From contig MHUS01000010.1 of NCBI GenBank assembly GCA_001823505.1, forward strand, positions 39,785-77,362: a stretch of 37,578 nt of DNA. The letters are read 5' to 3'. The notes beneath the pieces are model-generated. The model was not told where the DNA came from and did not search any database. It saw only the letters and a program-made list of their open reading frames with translations. Shown one piece after another: positions 9,425-17,280 of this stretch (its first letter is position 1; the number at the start of each line of letters is the position of its first letter). The stretch is from Candidatus Yonathbacteria bacterium RIFCSPHIGHO2_01_FULL_51_10 (GTDB taxonomy: Bacteria; Patescibacteriota; Minisyncoccia; Phycocordibacterales; UBA1539_B). The translations under genes and the position numbers were made by a program.

Positions 9425-9499
9425 TGATCAAGACGGGCGGCAAGCAATACAAAATGGTTCCGGGTCAGACGCTTAAGATCGAGAAGCTTTTTGACGAGC
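9425..9499 (+). pseudogene. Start-less 75-nt fragment of a second rplU (bL21) allele
   Basis: Encodes IKTGGKQYKMVPGQTLKIEKLFDE; 65/75 nt identical to 11051-11125. Confidence 0.9.
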
Positions 9500-9546
9500 C
9501 AGACGCAAAAGAAGAGGGTTCGGGGTTGAATGTATCACGAAAATTA

Positions 9547-9575
9547 TTGACAGATTTTATTAAGTATGCTACACT
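9547..9575 (+). promoter_or_regulatory. Sigma70 promoter of the 92-aa orphan
   Basis: TTGACA-17-TACACT with extended TG. Confidence 0.75.
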
Positions 9576-9649
9576 AATTTTAGTAAACAGGCAGTACTTT
9601 GTAATTTGATTATCCTCGAGAAATCGAATCGACCTGAGGAGGAGTGGAG

Positions 9650-9928
9650 ATGACTAAACTAAGTGCAGTCAGAGTAGAAAACCTGGTTGGTGGGCAAATG
9701 TACTTCCTCGTTGATTACACACTTAAAGCAACGTGTAGTAAGCCATTTATCGTATGTGGTGTTCGACGGAAGGACTCGCATGGACACACATGGACGTGGA
9801 AAATCCTTATTAAAAAAGCCGACGGTTCGCGGGCATGGGTTCCAGACGCATATTGGTTTCAGTTCTTTAAATTCACACCCTTCGCATACAGAAATAAAAG
9901 GATCGAGCTTGGACAAGCACCACTGTAA
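9650..9928 (+). CDS. Hypothetical protein, 92 aa, rich in aromatic residues
   Basis: SD GAGGAGG before ATG 9650; own promoter and terminator. Confidence 0.7.
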   Translation: MTKLSAVRVENLVGGQMYFLVDYTLKATCSKPFIVCGVRRKDSHGHTWTWKILIKKADGSRAWVPDAYWFQFFKFTPFAYRNKRIELGQAPL

Positions 9929-9948
9929 CCTATGATCAAAACTTCATG

Positions 9949-9993
9949 ATAACGTACCTAGGCACTTTGCACTTTATGGTACGTTATTTTTTT
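9949..9993 (+). terminator. Intrinsic terminator
   Basis: ATAACGTACC...GGTACGTTAT arms followed by a T-run. Confidence 0.7.
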
Positions 9994-10044
9994 GCAAAAT
10001 CCCACATGTTTTAGGATTGTCATATAAGTGTTACAATAATATTT

Positions 10045-10920
10045 ATGATAACAAAAATTGCATTACTACAAATAAATGCGGGGGAAACTGTCTTTGAAAA
10101 TTTTGAGATTGCTAAAACTCATATTGAAAAAGCGGCACAAAATGGAGCTGACATTGCGCTTCTCCCCGAATTATGGAATGTTGGGTACACATCTCCCGAT
10201 GAGTACGTATTCGGGAGGGACACCTGGGGTAAATCAGCTTTTTTCGTGGGAGATAGCGAGTTTGTAAAATACCAAGAGCTTGCGAAGGAGGTGGGGATCG
10301 CTATCCTATTGCCATTTTTAGAAAAAAATACTCAGGGAAATTTTTATAATTCCGCAACGCTTATCGACTACACAGGAGAGGTTATTTTACATTATCAAAA
10401 AGTACACACGGTGGATAAGGCGTGGGAGATACTATTTACGTCAGGAGAGAATTTTCCGGTTGTTGATCTAAAAACAAAAAAAGGGATGGCAAAAGTAGGT
10501 TGTATGATTTGCTACGACAGAGAGTTCCCCGAATCAGCGCGAATCCTTATGCTCAATGGTGCAGAAATAATTTTGGTTCCCAATGCGTGCGTTTTGGATA
10601 GTAATCGGTTAACGCAATTTCAATCTCGCGGGTTTGAAAATATGCTTGGAGTTGCAATGACTAATTATCCAAAACCAAAATTTAATGGCAAATCTTGCGC
10701 ATTTGACGGAATGCGTGTTAAGGGAGAGGACTACAACCCTCTTGTGGTTATGGCAGACGAAGAAGAGGGCATCTGGTATGCTAACTTTGATATCGATATA
10801 TTGCGAGCATATCGTGAGAAAGAAATCTGGGGTAATGCTTATCGCAAACCAAGATTGTATGGAAAACTCACTGAGGACAACATTCACCAACCCTTCGTAA
10901 GGAAAGATGCACGGCGCTAG
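10045..10920 (+). CDS. Carbon-nitrogen hydrolase (nitrilase superfamily), 291 aa
   Basis: Glu-Lys-Cys triad motifs LPELW, YQKVH and ICYDREFPE. Visibly AT-richer than the neighbouring core genes. Confidence 0.92.
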   Translation: MITKIALLQINAGETVFENFEIAKTHIEKAAQNGADIALLPELWNVGYTSPDEYVFGRDTWGKSAFFVGDSEFVKYQELAKEVGIAILLPFLEKNTQGNFYNSATLIDYTGEVILHYQKVHTVDKAWEILFTSGENFPVVDLKTKKGMAKVGCMICYDREFPESARILMLNGAEIILVPNACVLDSNRLTQFQSRGFENMLGVAMTNYPKPKFNGKSCAFDGMRVKGEDYNPLVVMADEEEGIWYANFDIDILRAYREKEIWGNAYRKPRLYGKLTEDNIHQPFVRKDARR

Positions 10921-10986
10921 ACGAGTTTGCATATTACCGCAAACATACTTGCATTTCTTTTGAAATAGGGTAGAATGGTTCCCATT

Positions 10987-11355
10987 ATGGCTACAAAGGC
11001 AACAACAATGACGACAAAAAAGCTCTCTAAAAAAGAGGGGGATTTCGCGGTGATCAAGACAGGAGGCAAGCAGTACAAAGTGGTCCCCGGTCAAACGCTT
11101 AAGATCGAGAAGCTCTCTGATGAGCTCAAGGCGGGGGACGCAGTATCCTTTGATCAGGTGCTCCTCGTCACGGCGGGAGGCAAAGTGTCCGTAGGCACCC
11201 CCACCATCGCAGGTGCGACCGTCAAGGCAGAATATGTCCGCGGTGGCAGGGCAGACAAGATCACCGTGATCAAATACAAGCAAAAGAGTCGCTATTTTAA
11301 GAAGCGCGGCCACAAGCAGCCCTTCGCGGAGGTAAAGATCTCAACGATTAAGTAG
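10987..11355 (+). CDS. rplU: 50S ribosomal protein bL21
   Basis: FAVIKTGGKQYKV..G..LKIEKL, GTP.I.GA.V, KKRGHKQPF. TAGAAT lies 10 nt before ATG 10987. Confidence 0.97.
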   Translation: MATKATTMTTKKLSKKEGDFAVIKTGGKQYKVVPGQTLKIEKLSDELKAGDAVSFDQVLLVTAGGKVSVGTPTIAGATVKAEYVRGGRADKITVIKYKQKSRYFKKRGHKQPFAEVKISTIK

Positions 11356-11361
11356 CAAAAT

Positions 11362-11389
11362 AAAATCCCCGAGCATGCTCGGGGATTTT
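11362..11389. terminator. Bidirectional terminator (perfect palindrome)
   Basis: AAAATCCCCGAG-CATG-CTCGGGGATTTT between rplU and the convergent small-protein operon. Confidence 0.88.
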
Positions 11390-11410
11390 GCAACTTCAGT
11401 ACGATGGTGG

Positions 11411-11518
11411 TCAGTCTTCGTCGTTCAAACCAGACACATCCAGGAATTCTTTAAAAAGAAGCCAGCCGATCAACAAGACTGCTATTCCAAGCAATATGAA
11501 TTTTAACCATAAAGGCAT
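11411..11518 (-). CDS. Single-TM microprotein, 35 aa (MPLWLKFILLGIAVLLIGWLLFKEFLDVSGLNDED)
   Basis: Translated by hand; not in the ORF track. SD AAAGGAGA 7 nt before the ATG; hydrophobic helix plus acidic tail. Confidence 0.7.
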   Translation of the reverse strand: MPLWLKFILLGIAVLLIGWLLFKEFLDVSGLNDED

Positions 11519-11565
11519 GGCGTGTTCTCCTTTGTTGGTGTTCGGAACAATTCTCTAGTACTCTG

Positions 11566-11685
11566 CTACTCTTTTTGTCGCTCTGCAGGGGCTCTTTTCC
11601 AGAGCGCGTACAGTCCAGCAATCAACAAACCAATGAGTACGAGGATTATCCCCGCACCACCTACAATTGTTTCGATAATCTGCAT
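11566..11685 (-). CDS. Single-TM microprotein, 39 aa (MQIIETIVGGAGIILVLIGLLIAGLYALWKRAPAERQKE)
   Basis: Translated by hand. SD AAAGGAGA 6 nt before the ATG; Gly-rich TM helix. Confidence 0.7.
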   Translation of the reverse strand: MQIIETIVGGAGIILVLIGLLIAGLYALWKRAPAERQKE

Positions 11686-11706
11686 CTGATTTCTCCTTTG
11701 GTTGAA

Positions 11707-11838
11707 TTAATTCGTGTGCCAATCGTCGTATTCGTCACACGCTTCTTGCTCAACTGCCGAATTTCTCAGAAACCGCAAGACGAAGACAGCCAGACAAAGA
11801 ACCAGTGCTACTCCTACAATAGCGAGCGCTATTTTCAT
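11707..11838 (-). CDS. Single-TM microprotein, 43 aa (MKIALAIVGVALVLCLAVFVLRFLRNSAVEQEACDEYDDWHTN)
   Basis: Translated by hand. SD GGAGGT 7 nt before the ATG; TM helix plus acidic tail. Confidence 0.7.
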   Translation of the reverse strand: MKIALAIVGVALVLCLAVFVLRFLRNSAVEQEACDEYDDWHTN

Positions 11839-11862
11839 TGCAAGTACCTCCCATTATTAAGC

Positions 11863-12159
11863 TCATTCGATTAGCGAAAAATTATTCTTGGAAAGATTTT
11901 GAATCTCCAGTAGAACTTCCCCATCGAGATTAGCTGGATCATTTTCGTTTCTCGGCGAAGTCGCATCTTTGCGCCATAGGTCAAACAAAGAATCCTTGAT
12001 CGCCCAAGCAAACGCGAGTGAAATGAGGGCAATGTCAAACAGCCAAATGTCCGGATTTTTTGAGGGATGACTTACCTTGTCAAAGATGAGAACCAAGGGG
12101 AGTGCCAATACGAGTAAAACGGTCAATACGACCGCCGTTCTTCGGATGCATTTCTTCAT
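11863..12159 (-). CDS. Small two-TM hypothetical protein, 98 aa
   Basis: SD AAAGGAGA; promoter TTGACT-17-TAGAGT (12225-12197); two hydrophobic segments and an acidic tail. Confidence 0.75.
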   Translation of the reverse strand: MKKCIRRTAVVLTVLLVLALPLVLIFDKVSHPSKNPDIWLFDIALISLAFAWAIKDSLFDLWRKDATSPRNENDPANLDGEVLLEIQNLSKNNFSLIE

Positions 12160-12221
12160 CAGAGCTCTCCTTTGTCGTGAGGAACAATTCCCTAATACTC
12201 TAGCGCTACGGTTTTAAATAG

Positions 12222-12839
12222 TCAACCGCGGTTTTTAAGCGCGTTCTTAAGCGTCTCTTTGTCGGCGTATTCAAGCTCAGCGCCCGTGGAGAGTCCGCGG
12301 CCGAGGGCGGTAACCTGAAGGTCGTATTTTTTTAGGAGAGATTCAAGCGTTTTTGATATATAGAGCGCGGTGTGTTCGCCTTCGGCATTGGCGCTCGTAG
12401 CCAGGATGATCTCACGGAGGCCATCTTCTTTTGCTGCGCGTTCAACCTCAGTAAGGAGCTCTCGAATACGGATTTTCTTTGCCGGTTCTTGCTCTAGAAA
12501 GGGGAGGGAGCCGCCCAATACAAAGAACCGCCCGCGATATGCATCGCTCGCGCGGATCGCATCAAGGTCGGTGTCCCGCTCCACGGCCATCATGAGTGCC
12601 GGGTCACGCCCTTTGTCAGAACACTCAGGGCAAAGTGCGACTGATCCTGTGTTGGGATAAAATCGGAAACAGTGCGGGCATTGTGCGCTGGCTTTCTTGA
12701 GGGCTGCCAACGCCGCCTCAAGTGCTGAGATCTCTGCCGGCCCGCGAGAAAGCAGGTGATAGACGAACCGCTTCGCCTGCCGCGGCCCAACCCCGGGGAA
12801 TTTTAAAAACTTTTCTGCAAGTGTTTGAAGTGCGTCCAT
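12222..12839 (-). CDS. recR: Recombination mediator RecR
   Basis: PGVGPRQAKR HhH, CPHC..CPEC, Toprim EIILATSANAEGEHTA, GAELEYAD. Confidence 0.96.
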   Translation of the reverse strand: MDALQTLAEKFLKFPGVGPRQAKRFVYHLLSRGPAEISALEAALAALKKASAQCPHCFRFYPNTGSVALCPECSDKGRDPALMMAVERDTDLDAIRASDAYRGRFFVLGGSLPFLEQEPAKKIRIRELLTEVERAAKEDGLREIILATSANAEGEHTALYISKTLESLLKKYDLQVTALGRGLSTGAELEYADKETLKNALKNRG

Positions 12840-12841
12840 GG

Positions 12842-14263
12842 CTAGAAGTCGTCAAGGTTATCTCGAGCGCTCGGCGTGGCTGCCGCATTTCCGTATTCAC
12901 CACCCTCGATCGTAAGGAACGTGGCCTGTCTTTCATCAAAGTAGAGCTCTGTTTTCCCCGTGGGACCGTTGCGGTGCTTCTCGATCAAGATTTCGGCGAT
13001 ATTGGGGCGGTCGGAGTTTTGGTTCATCTTGTCGTCGCGGTGGATGAACATAACCACATCGGCGTCCTGTTCGATGGATCCTGAATCACGGAGGTCGGAG
13101 AGGCGAGGGCGATCCCGGCGCTGCTCAACCGCACGAGAAAGCTGGGAGAGCGCCAGGACCGGCACGCTGAGCTCTTTGGCGAGGCCTTTGAGCGCACGCG
13201 AGATCTCGGTCACTTGGTTGACCATGGAATCGTAGTTTCGTGATGGCGCCATGAGCTGAAGATAGTCCACGACAATAAGCCCCAGACCATGCTCGGCTTT
13301 GATCCGGCGAGCCGTGGCGCGCATTTTGGTGATCGTGTTGGCGGACTGCTCGTCAATATATATCGGTGCCTGTGCAAGGCGCGCCATGGAGTCACGGAGG
13401 CGCTCAAAGTCCTCATCGGACGTGATCTTGCCGGTGCGCAGTTTCCATCCATCCACGCGAGCCTCAGCGGCAAGCATGCGGTCAGCGAGCTGCTGGGAAC
13501 TCATTTCAAGCGAGAAGATACAGACCGGGGTTTGATGCTTAAGAGCCGTCTGACGGGCAATATCAAGCGCCAGGGAGGTCTTTCCCATGGATGGACGAGC
13601 AGCGAGGATGATGAGGTCCTCCGGCTGGAGTCCGGCGAGCTTGTTGTCGAGGCCGGGGAAGCCCGTGGGTACGCCGCGGAGCTTCTCGCGGCCGTTGTGC
13701 AAGCCATCAAGACGATCCCACGCCACATCGAGCGTATCAGAGAGTGAAAGGTACTGGTGCGAGGTCCCCAGAGAGCTGACTGACATGACCTTCTTCTCCG
13801 CCTCTTCCAAGAGCTGGTCGATATCCTCCGCTTCGCTGTACCCCAACTCGGCGATGGTATCGGCGGCCCCAATAAGATTGCGAAGGATATACTTGCGACG
13901 CACGATCTCGGCATAGTAGGTTGCGTTCGTTGCGGACGGCACCACACTTACGATCTCGGCAAGGTACGCATTGCCACCAACTTGTTCAAGCATTCCTTTT
14001 TCTTTCAGGCGCGATGACACCGAGAGAAGGTCGATCGGCTCACGGCGCGTGTGGAGCTCAAACATCGCCCGAAAGATCATACGGTGCTTTTCTGCATAGA
14101 ATGAATCATCGTTGATAAGGTCCGCGACATCGTGCATCGAGTCGGGCTTGAGCATAATAGAACCCAAGAGCGCGCGCTCTGAATCAATGTTTTGAGGTGG
14201 AACGCGGAGCGATTCACGGAATTGTTTTTTTGACGTTTTTTCGCGTTCTTTGGAGACAGGCAT
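12842..14263 (-). CDS. dnaB: Replicative DNA helicase, no intein
   Basis: PPQNIDSE, AARPSMGKT, SLEMS, VDYLQL, LSQLSR, DLRDSGSIEQDAD, KHRNGP. TACAAT lies 7 nt before ATG 14263. Confidence 0.98.
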   Translation of the reverse strand: MPVSKEREKTSKKQFRESLRVPPQNIDSERALLGSIMLKPDSMHDVADLINDDSFYAEKHRMIFRAMFELHTRREPIDLLSVSSRLKEKGMLEQVGGNAYLAEIVSVVPSATNATYYAEIVRRKYILRNLIGAADTIAELGYSEAEDIDQLLEEAEKKVMSVSSLGTSHQYLSLSDTLDVAWDRLDGLHNGREKLRGVPTGFPGLDNKLAGLQPEDLIILAARPSMGKTSLALDIARQTALKHQTPVCIFSLEMSSQQLADRMLAAEARVDGWKLRTGKITSDEDFERLRDSMARLAQAPIYIDEQSANTITKMRATARRIKAEHGLGLIVVDYLQLMAPSRNYDSMVNQVTEISRALKGLAKELSVPVLALSQLSRAVEQRRDRPRLSDLRDSGSIEQDADVVMFIHRDDKMNQNSDRPNIAEILIEKHRNGPTGKTELYFDERQATFLTIEGGEYGNAAATPSARDNLDDF

Positions 14264-14405
14264 AGGAGGCATTGTAGCATAGCGTTAAGAACCCGCACCG
14301 ACCAAAACGGGGAAAATCCGTGGAGAAGATGGGGATTTCAAATGGATGGGGGGGGGTAAGTTAAATGGGTGAGTATACGGTAATGGATACTGCGGGCACA
14401 AAAAC

Positions 14406-14434
14406 TTGCCTTGTCTAAATTAATATGTTATAGT
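14406..14434 (+). promoter_or_regulatory. Sigma70 promoter of the 68-aa orphan
   Basis: TTGCCT-17-TATAGT with extended TG. Confidence 0.65.
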
Positions 14435-14499
14435 ATCAAATAGACTATTGGTTTTCCTCACACCACAAAAAGTGGGGGTACAGCAAAAAGGAGGATGTA

Positions 14500-14706
14500 A
14501 TGAAACACACAAAAAGTAGTCTTACGCGATTAGTAACGCTTTGTGTACAAGTTGCCGAGAAAGGATACGAGGGTGGTTTTCCGTATGAAAGCGCTGCGGA
14601 AAATAGTGGTGAAACAATAGGACGACTTGCCGCGGTTCTCTTGGAGACAGCTCTTCGTGACGAAACTGTTGCTAAGGCTCTAGGTATCAAAGTAGCTACC
14701 AAATAA
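14500..14706 (+). CDS. Hypothetical protein, 68 aa
   Basis: SD AAGGAGG 5 nt before the ATG; own promoter and terminator; antisense to both neighbours. Confidence 0.72.
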   Translation: MKHTKSSLTRLVTLCVQVAEKGYEGGFPYESAAENSGETIGRLAAVLLETALRDETVAKALGIKVATK

Positions 14707-14730
14707 CACAAACTGCCTCGTTAGTTATTC

Positions 14731-14766
14731 AATAAACGCCACCCGAGAAGGTGGCGTTTATTTTTT
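14731..14766. terminator. Intrinsic terminator
   Basis: AATAAACGCCACC-CGAGAA-GGTGGCGTTTATT followed by a T-run. Confidence 0.88.
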
Positions 14767-14801
14767 GCTCTATCTAACTAACCAACCGACTATTTTTCAG
14801 T

Positions 14802-14837
14802 TGTCATTTTTAGTGACGACCGTCACTAAAAATGACA
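14802..14837. repeat. Perfect 17-bp inverted repeat with a 2-nt spacer
   Basis: TGTCATTTTTAGTGACG-AC-CGTCACTAAAAATGACA. Confidence 0.9.
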
Positions 14838-14880
14838 TAGGAGATAAAAATTTATACGCAGACATAGCGCAGCGTGCAAT

Positions 14881-16227
14881 TTAGCCTATGCGTGACAACC
14901 TGAAACCTTTTGGCGTATCCATCACCTCATATCCAAGGGTGGTAAGCTCGGCACGAATTGCATCGGCGCGTTTCCAGTCCTTCGCACTGCGCGCTTCCTC
15001 GCGCTTCGCGGCAAGGAGAGCAACTTCTTTTGGAACAGGATCTTTTTTGAGTCCCTTGAGGCCGAGTCCGAGCACCTCATCGAAAACAACGAGGGTGGCC
15101 CGCTTGTTGTGTGCCGCTATTTTTTTGTCCTTGACCAATTGCCAGACCACAGCGAGTGCTTTTGGGGTATTGAGATCATCCACGAGCGCATCAAAAAATT
15201 TCTTTCTGTATGAAGTACTGATTACACCTTTTGCCTTCGGGAGTTCCAGAAACGCATTTTGGAGCTTCTCGAACGCATGCTGTGCGCCCGTGAGTGCCTC
15301 CCAGGTGAAGTTCATCGTTGCGCGGTATTGCGTCCCAAGAACAAGATAGCGAAATGCGAGCGAAGAGAATCCGTGCTCGCGGATACTCGCAAGTGTTATG
15401 ATGTTGCCAATGGACTTGGACATTTTTTGGCCATCTACCATCACGAATGCCGTATGGACCCATGCTCGCACGAATTGCCTTCCTGTTGCCGCCTCAGACT
15501 GGGCGACCTCGTTCGTGTGATGCGGAAAAATGAGGTCGATGCCCCCGGTATGGATATCGATGGTCTCTCCAAGTTTCTCCATTGCCATCGCTGAGCACTC
15601 GATATGCCATCCCGGTCTGCCTTTCCCAAATGGCGCGTCAAAGCTGTTCTCGCCGTCCTCCGGTGTCCAAAATTTCCACAATGCGAAATCCCGCGCATCA
15701 TTTTTGGCATACTCATCGCTTTCAATTCGTGAGCGTGTGCGCGCATCAATCTTTAATCGAGCAAGGCGGCCATATCCCTTGGATTTTGAAATATCAAAAT
15801 AAATTCCGGCTTCAGTGCGATACGCATACCCATTGCTGAGAAGCTTTTGTATCAGCTTCACCATTCCCTTAATGTGACCAACGGCGTGGGGGAGAATACC
15901 CGGGACTTTTATTCCAAGACTTGCGGTGTCCTCCAAAAATAGGTCTTCGTAACGTTTGGTGAGCGCCGAAAGGGGAACGCCTTCTGCGATGCTCCGCTTA
16001 ATCGTTTTATCATCAATGTCGGTGATATTCATCACGTGCTTTACTTTGTATCCTGCTGCCTCAAGTGCACGTTTCAAAATATCATTGCTGATAAATGCCC
16101 GAAAATTCCCAATATGCGCAGAATCATACACCGTCGGTCCGCAGCTATACATAGAAACACGCCCCTTCATGAGGGGTTGGAAGATCTCCTTCTTGCGGGT
16201 GAGCGTGTTGAAAAATCTTAAAACCAT
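14881..16227 (-). CDS. cysS: Cysteine--tRNA ligase
   Basis: CGPTVYD.AHIGN, NITDIDDK, DFALWK, GRPGWHIECS, DLIFPHH, KMSKS. Start re-chosen at MVLRFFNT, overlapping the corA stop. Confidence 0.97.
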   Translation of the reverse strand: MVLRFFNTLTRKKEIFQPLMKGRVSMYSCGPTVYDSAHIGNFRAFISNDILKRALEAAGYKVKHVMNITDIDDKTIKRSIAEGVPLSALTKRYEDLFLEDTASLGIKVPGILPHAVGHIKGMVKLIQKLLSNGYAYRTEAGIYFDISKSKGYGRLARLKIDARTRSRIESDEYAKNDARDFALWKFWTPEDGENSFDAPFGKGRPGWHIECSAMAMEKLGETIDIHTGGIDLIFPHHTNEVAQSEAATGRQFVRAWVHTAFVMVDGQKMSKSIGNIITLASIREHGFSSLAFRYLVLGTQYRATMNFTWEALTGAQHAFEKLQNAFLELPKAKGVISTSYRKKFFDALVDDLNTPKALAVVWQLVKDKKIAAHNKRATLVVFDEVLGLGLKGLKKDPVPKEVALLAAKREEARSAKDWKRADAIRAELTTLGYEVMDTPKGFRLSRIG

Positions 16228-17132
16228 CGTTTGTATTTGAAGAAACCAGCCGTAAGTGTGCCGATCGCGAGCATCAGTAAAATGACAACCCAAAAACCAT
16301 TTGGTCCTTCAACAACCGGCATATTGTCAGCATTCATGCCAAAAATAGCAGCCATCAGGGACAACGGCAACATGGTGAATGTCATGATCGTAAGCACTTT
16401 CATGGTCTCGTTCGTCTTTGTGGTCAACAGCGATGAATTTGTTGAACGGAGCTCGGTAAGCGTTTCTTTGTGCGCGTCCATGAGGCTTGCCACCTTGAGA
16501 TACTCGCCGGTAATAGCTCGCAGATAGTAGAGAAAGTCATCGCCAAACAATTTATGTCCGGCCAGTTCGAAGGAATCAAGAACGTCGCGGTGGTACCGGA
16601 TGGCTTGTTTGAAAGTGAGCAGGTCGCGGTTAATGCGCGAAAGCGTCTCAACCATCATTGCCTCCTCGCCCGAGAACATGCGCGCGGTGGCCTTCTCAAG
16701 TCGAGTGTCAACGAAGTCGAGTTCGTCGATGAGCGATTGATACAGCTCACGAATAATATAAAAGAAAATAAACCCGGCATGGTCTCCGATATTGCTCTTG
16801 TCGAGTATGGAATTAACTTCGAACACCTTCGAAAATTCATGGAGCGGATCGATCACCTCATAGTGCGTGGTGATGATGAATTTCTTCCCGATAATGAAAT
16901 CAACCTCTTGTTCCGTGCGCTTGCCATGCTTGTGAGTGATGGTAGGGAAGTGGAGGATGAGATAAATAAAGTCGCGATAGAGATCAACGCGGGGACGAAC
17001 GCTTAGCGACATGAGCTCATTGCCCAAGATCGGCGGGACGGAAAACTCTTCCATGACCACGCGCACTTCTTCTTCCGTTGGTGATTCAAGGTCAACCCAA
17101 ACAAGATCTTTGTAGGTGTAGCGGGAAATCAT
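16218..17132 (-). CDS. corA: CorA-family Mg2+/Co2+ transporter
   Basis: WVDLESPTEEE, NETMKVLT, signature FGMN and two C-terminal TMs. Confidence 0.92.
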   Translation of the reverse strand: MISRYTYKDLVWVDLESPTEEEVRVVMEEFSVPPILGNELMSLSVRPRVDLYRDFIYLILHFPTITHKHGKRTEQEVDFIIGKKFIITTHYEVIDPLHEFSKVFEVNSILDKSNIGDHAGFIFFYIIRELYQSLIDELDFVDTRLEKATARMFSGEEAMMVETLSRINRDLLTFKQAIRYHRDVLDSFELAGHKLFGDDFLYYLRAITGEYLKVASLMDAHKETLTELRSTNSSLLTTKTNETMKVLTIMTFTMLPLSLMAAIFGMNADNMPVVEGPNGFWVVILLMLAIGTLTAGFFKYKRWF

Positions 17133-17143
17133 ACGATGTGATA

Positions 17144-17210
17144 ATTAGCGACGCAGAGCGAGTAAAACGGGGAAAATATTTTTTCTCGTTTTCGAGCCGA
17201 GGAGCTAATA
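17144..17210 (+). repeat. Structured REP-like hairpin in the corA/S41 intergenic region
   Basis: ATTAGC..GCTAAT outer stem, GCGAG/CGAGC tandem-GA segment and AAAACGGGGAAAA/TTTTTCTCGTTTT inner stem. The last 16 nt are identical to 912-927. Confidence 0.55.
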
Positions 17211-17280
17211 TAGGTTCAATACCTCTATTATACGCTCCCTCGCGTTTGACCACAAGTCTCGCCTCTGCCATAATACGCAA

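Larger units (their letters stand above)
11526..12201 (-). repeat. Duplicated leader module (copies at 11526-11564 and 12166-12201)
   Basis: GGAACAATTC(T/C)CTA(G/A)TACTCT, 19/21 identical, plus a shared TCTCCTTTGT SD block in both copies. Confidence 0.85.

Noticed and set aside
9313..9609. 98-aa track ORF containing bL21-like residues
   Set aside because: It overlaps the rmuC 3' end and the next promoter and has no start signal. Only the 24-codon rplU fragment is meaningful.
11575..11874. 99-aa plus-strand track ORF
   Set aside because: TTG start without an SD, downstream of a terminator, and antisense to SD-led microprotein ORFs that explain the region better.
17092..17280. 62-aa minus-strand ORF as a corA leader peptide
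   Set aside because: It starts upstream of the likely corA -10 box, runs through the hairpin and overlaps corA out of frame.
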